Assembly: GCA_009859145.1 (NCBI GenBank)
Contig: VRVR01000062.1
Span: 1 to 64,000, forward strand
From: Andalucia godoyi And28
Taxonomy: Eukaryota > Protista > Jakobida
Length of the DNA: 64,000 nt
Direction of reading: 5' to 3'
Made by a program: the position numbers and the translations under genes. This document shows, one piece after another, positions 63,258 through 64,000 of this stretch. Position 1 is the stretch's first letter. Each line of letters opens with the position of its first letter. The notes under the pieces were generated by a model. It saw nothing but the letters and a program-made list of their open reading frames with translations. It searched no databases and was not told the DNA's origin.

Positions 63258-63642
63258 AATGATGCTGCTTGGAATCCAACAACCTACACACTTTATACAT
63301 TTCCTCCGTCACCTCTGCAAGGAACGAGGTGAGAATAAAGGACGCTCCAAAACGAGGGAAAAAACAACAAACAGTACAACACAATAAGCCACTGTAGTCC
63401 GTACAGCCTAACCCAAAACTCAAAAAAGGTTCCGAACCGGGAATTGAGACTTGAGACTTAGGGACTCGCCGAAATTCGCTCGTCGGGAAGGCGGCTGCCG
63501 GACTTTCCTCTCTTCCTCCAGTCCGCCCCCAACGCTCCGGAATCCGAGAGAAATGCATACACTCGAGCGCCACTGCTTCTCGGAAGCTTTTTTCACTCGT
63601 TGCGGAAGAGCAAATTCACGAATTGCAAAAGCGGCTCATATT

Positions 63643-64000
63643 ATGCGGTTGCTTGCACACAATTTGCTCGCGTGTGTGCGATGTGGAAACTATCCTCTTC
63701 TTGTGCAGGCCGATGAGATGGAGGAGATTGAAGTCGAGCCGTCTCCGGTCTTTCTCGAACGAATGCGCGACCGCATTGACATGAAGGCTCTTCAAATGGC
63801 ACTGGCGTCTCTTGAAATAGAAGTACCGTCGTTTGACAGCATTTCAGAATGGCCCATCGAGTTGCTCCATCACGTACTGCAAGAAATAGAAGTTGTGGAG
63901 GGGGCATTGAAGTGCGACCAGTGCGAAGTTGTGTATCCGATCAAGAACCGCATTCCGCACATGATTCTTCGAGGCACGGCCGATGGCGAGGGACTTGGTG
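63643..64000 (+). CDS. TRM112: Methyltransferase activator TRM112 (runs off the window end)
   Basis: Own translation (absent from the ORF track): MRLLAHNLLACVRCGNYPL...LHHVLQEIEVVEGALKCDQCEVVYPIKNRIPHMIL. Confidence 0.92.
   Translation, partial: MRLLAHNLLACVRCGNYPLLVQADEMEEIEVEPSPVFLERMRDRIDMKALQMALASLEIEVPSFDSISEWPIELLHHVLQEIEVVEGALKCDQCEVVYPIKNRIPHMILRGTADGEGLG

Overview
This is gene-dense, intron-poor eukaryotic nuclear DNA, most consistent with a compact free-living protist genome (inference from gene content, short GT-AG introns and microsatellite-rich spacers). About 25 protein genes are supported: FkbM-type methyltransferase, FN3 surface protein, ERG4, GT34/DUF273-like glycosyltransferase, hybrid histidine kinase, ColD/RfbH-like dehydratase, GPI protein, WDR37-like, bacterial-type Zn-ribbon protein, NDUFA2, eIF4E, DYRK2, CUL4, TIA-1/PUB1-like, GCP3, ankyrin protein, ELO elongase, ELP3, ERG8, IQ protein, class C GPCR-like, SDHA, four-domain Ca channel, RlmD-like methyltransferase and TRM112. 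There is also one tRNA-Ile(UAU). The strongest unexplained signals are five. (1) A four-copy dispersed repeat family with a shared end, an inverted copy of that end, and one copy flanked by a 10-bp direct repeat; one copy lies beside a frameshifted PIF1-helicase relic and another beside the tRNA. (2) A hybrid histidine kinase whose phospho-acceptor His is Asp. (3) Bacterial-type genes in a eukaryote (ColD-like dehydratase, DUF2082 Zn-ribbon, RlmD). (4) An LDLa-motif class C GPCR. (5) A duplicated promoter/5' end and a frameshifted GPI-protein pseudogene. All family assignments come from motif recognition by eye; no database search was run.
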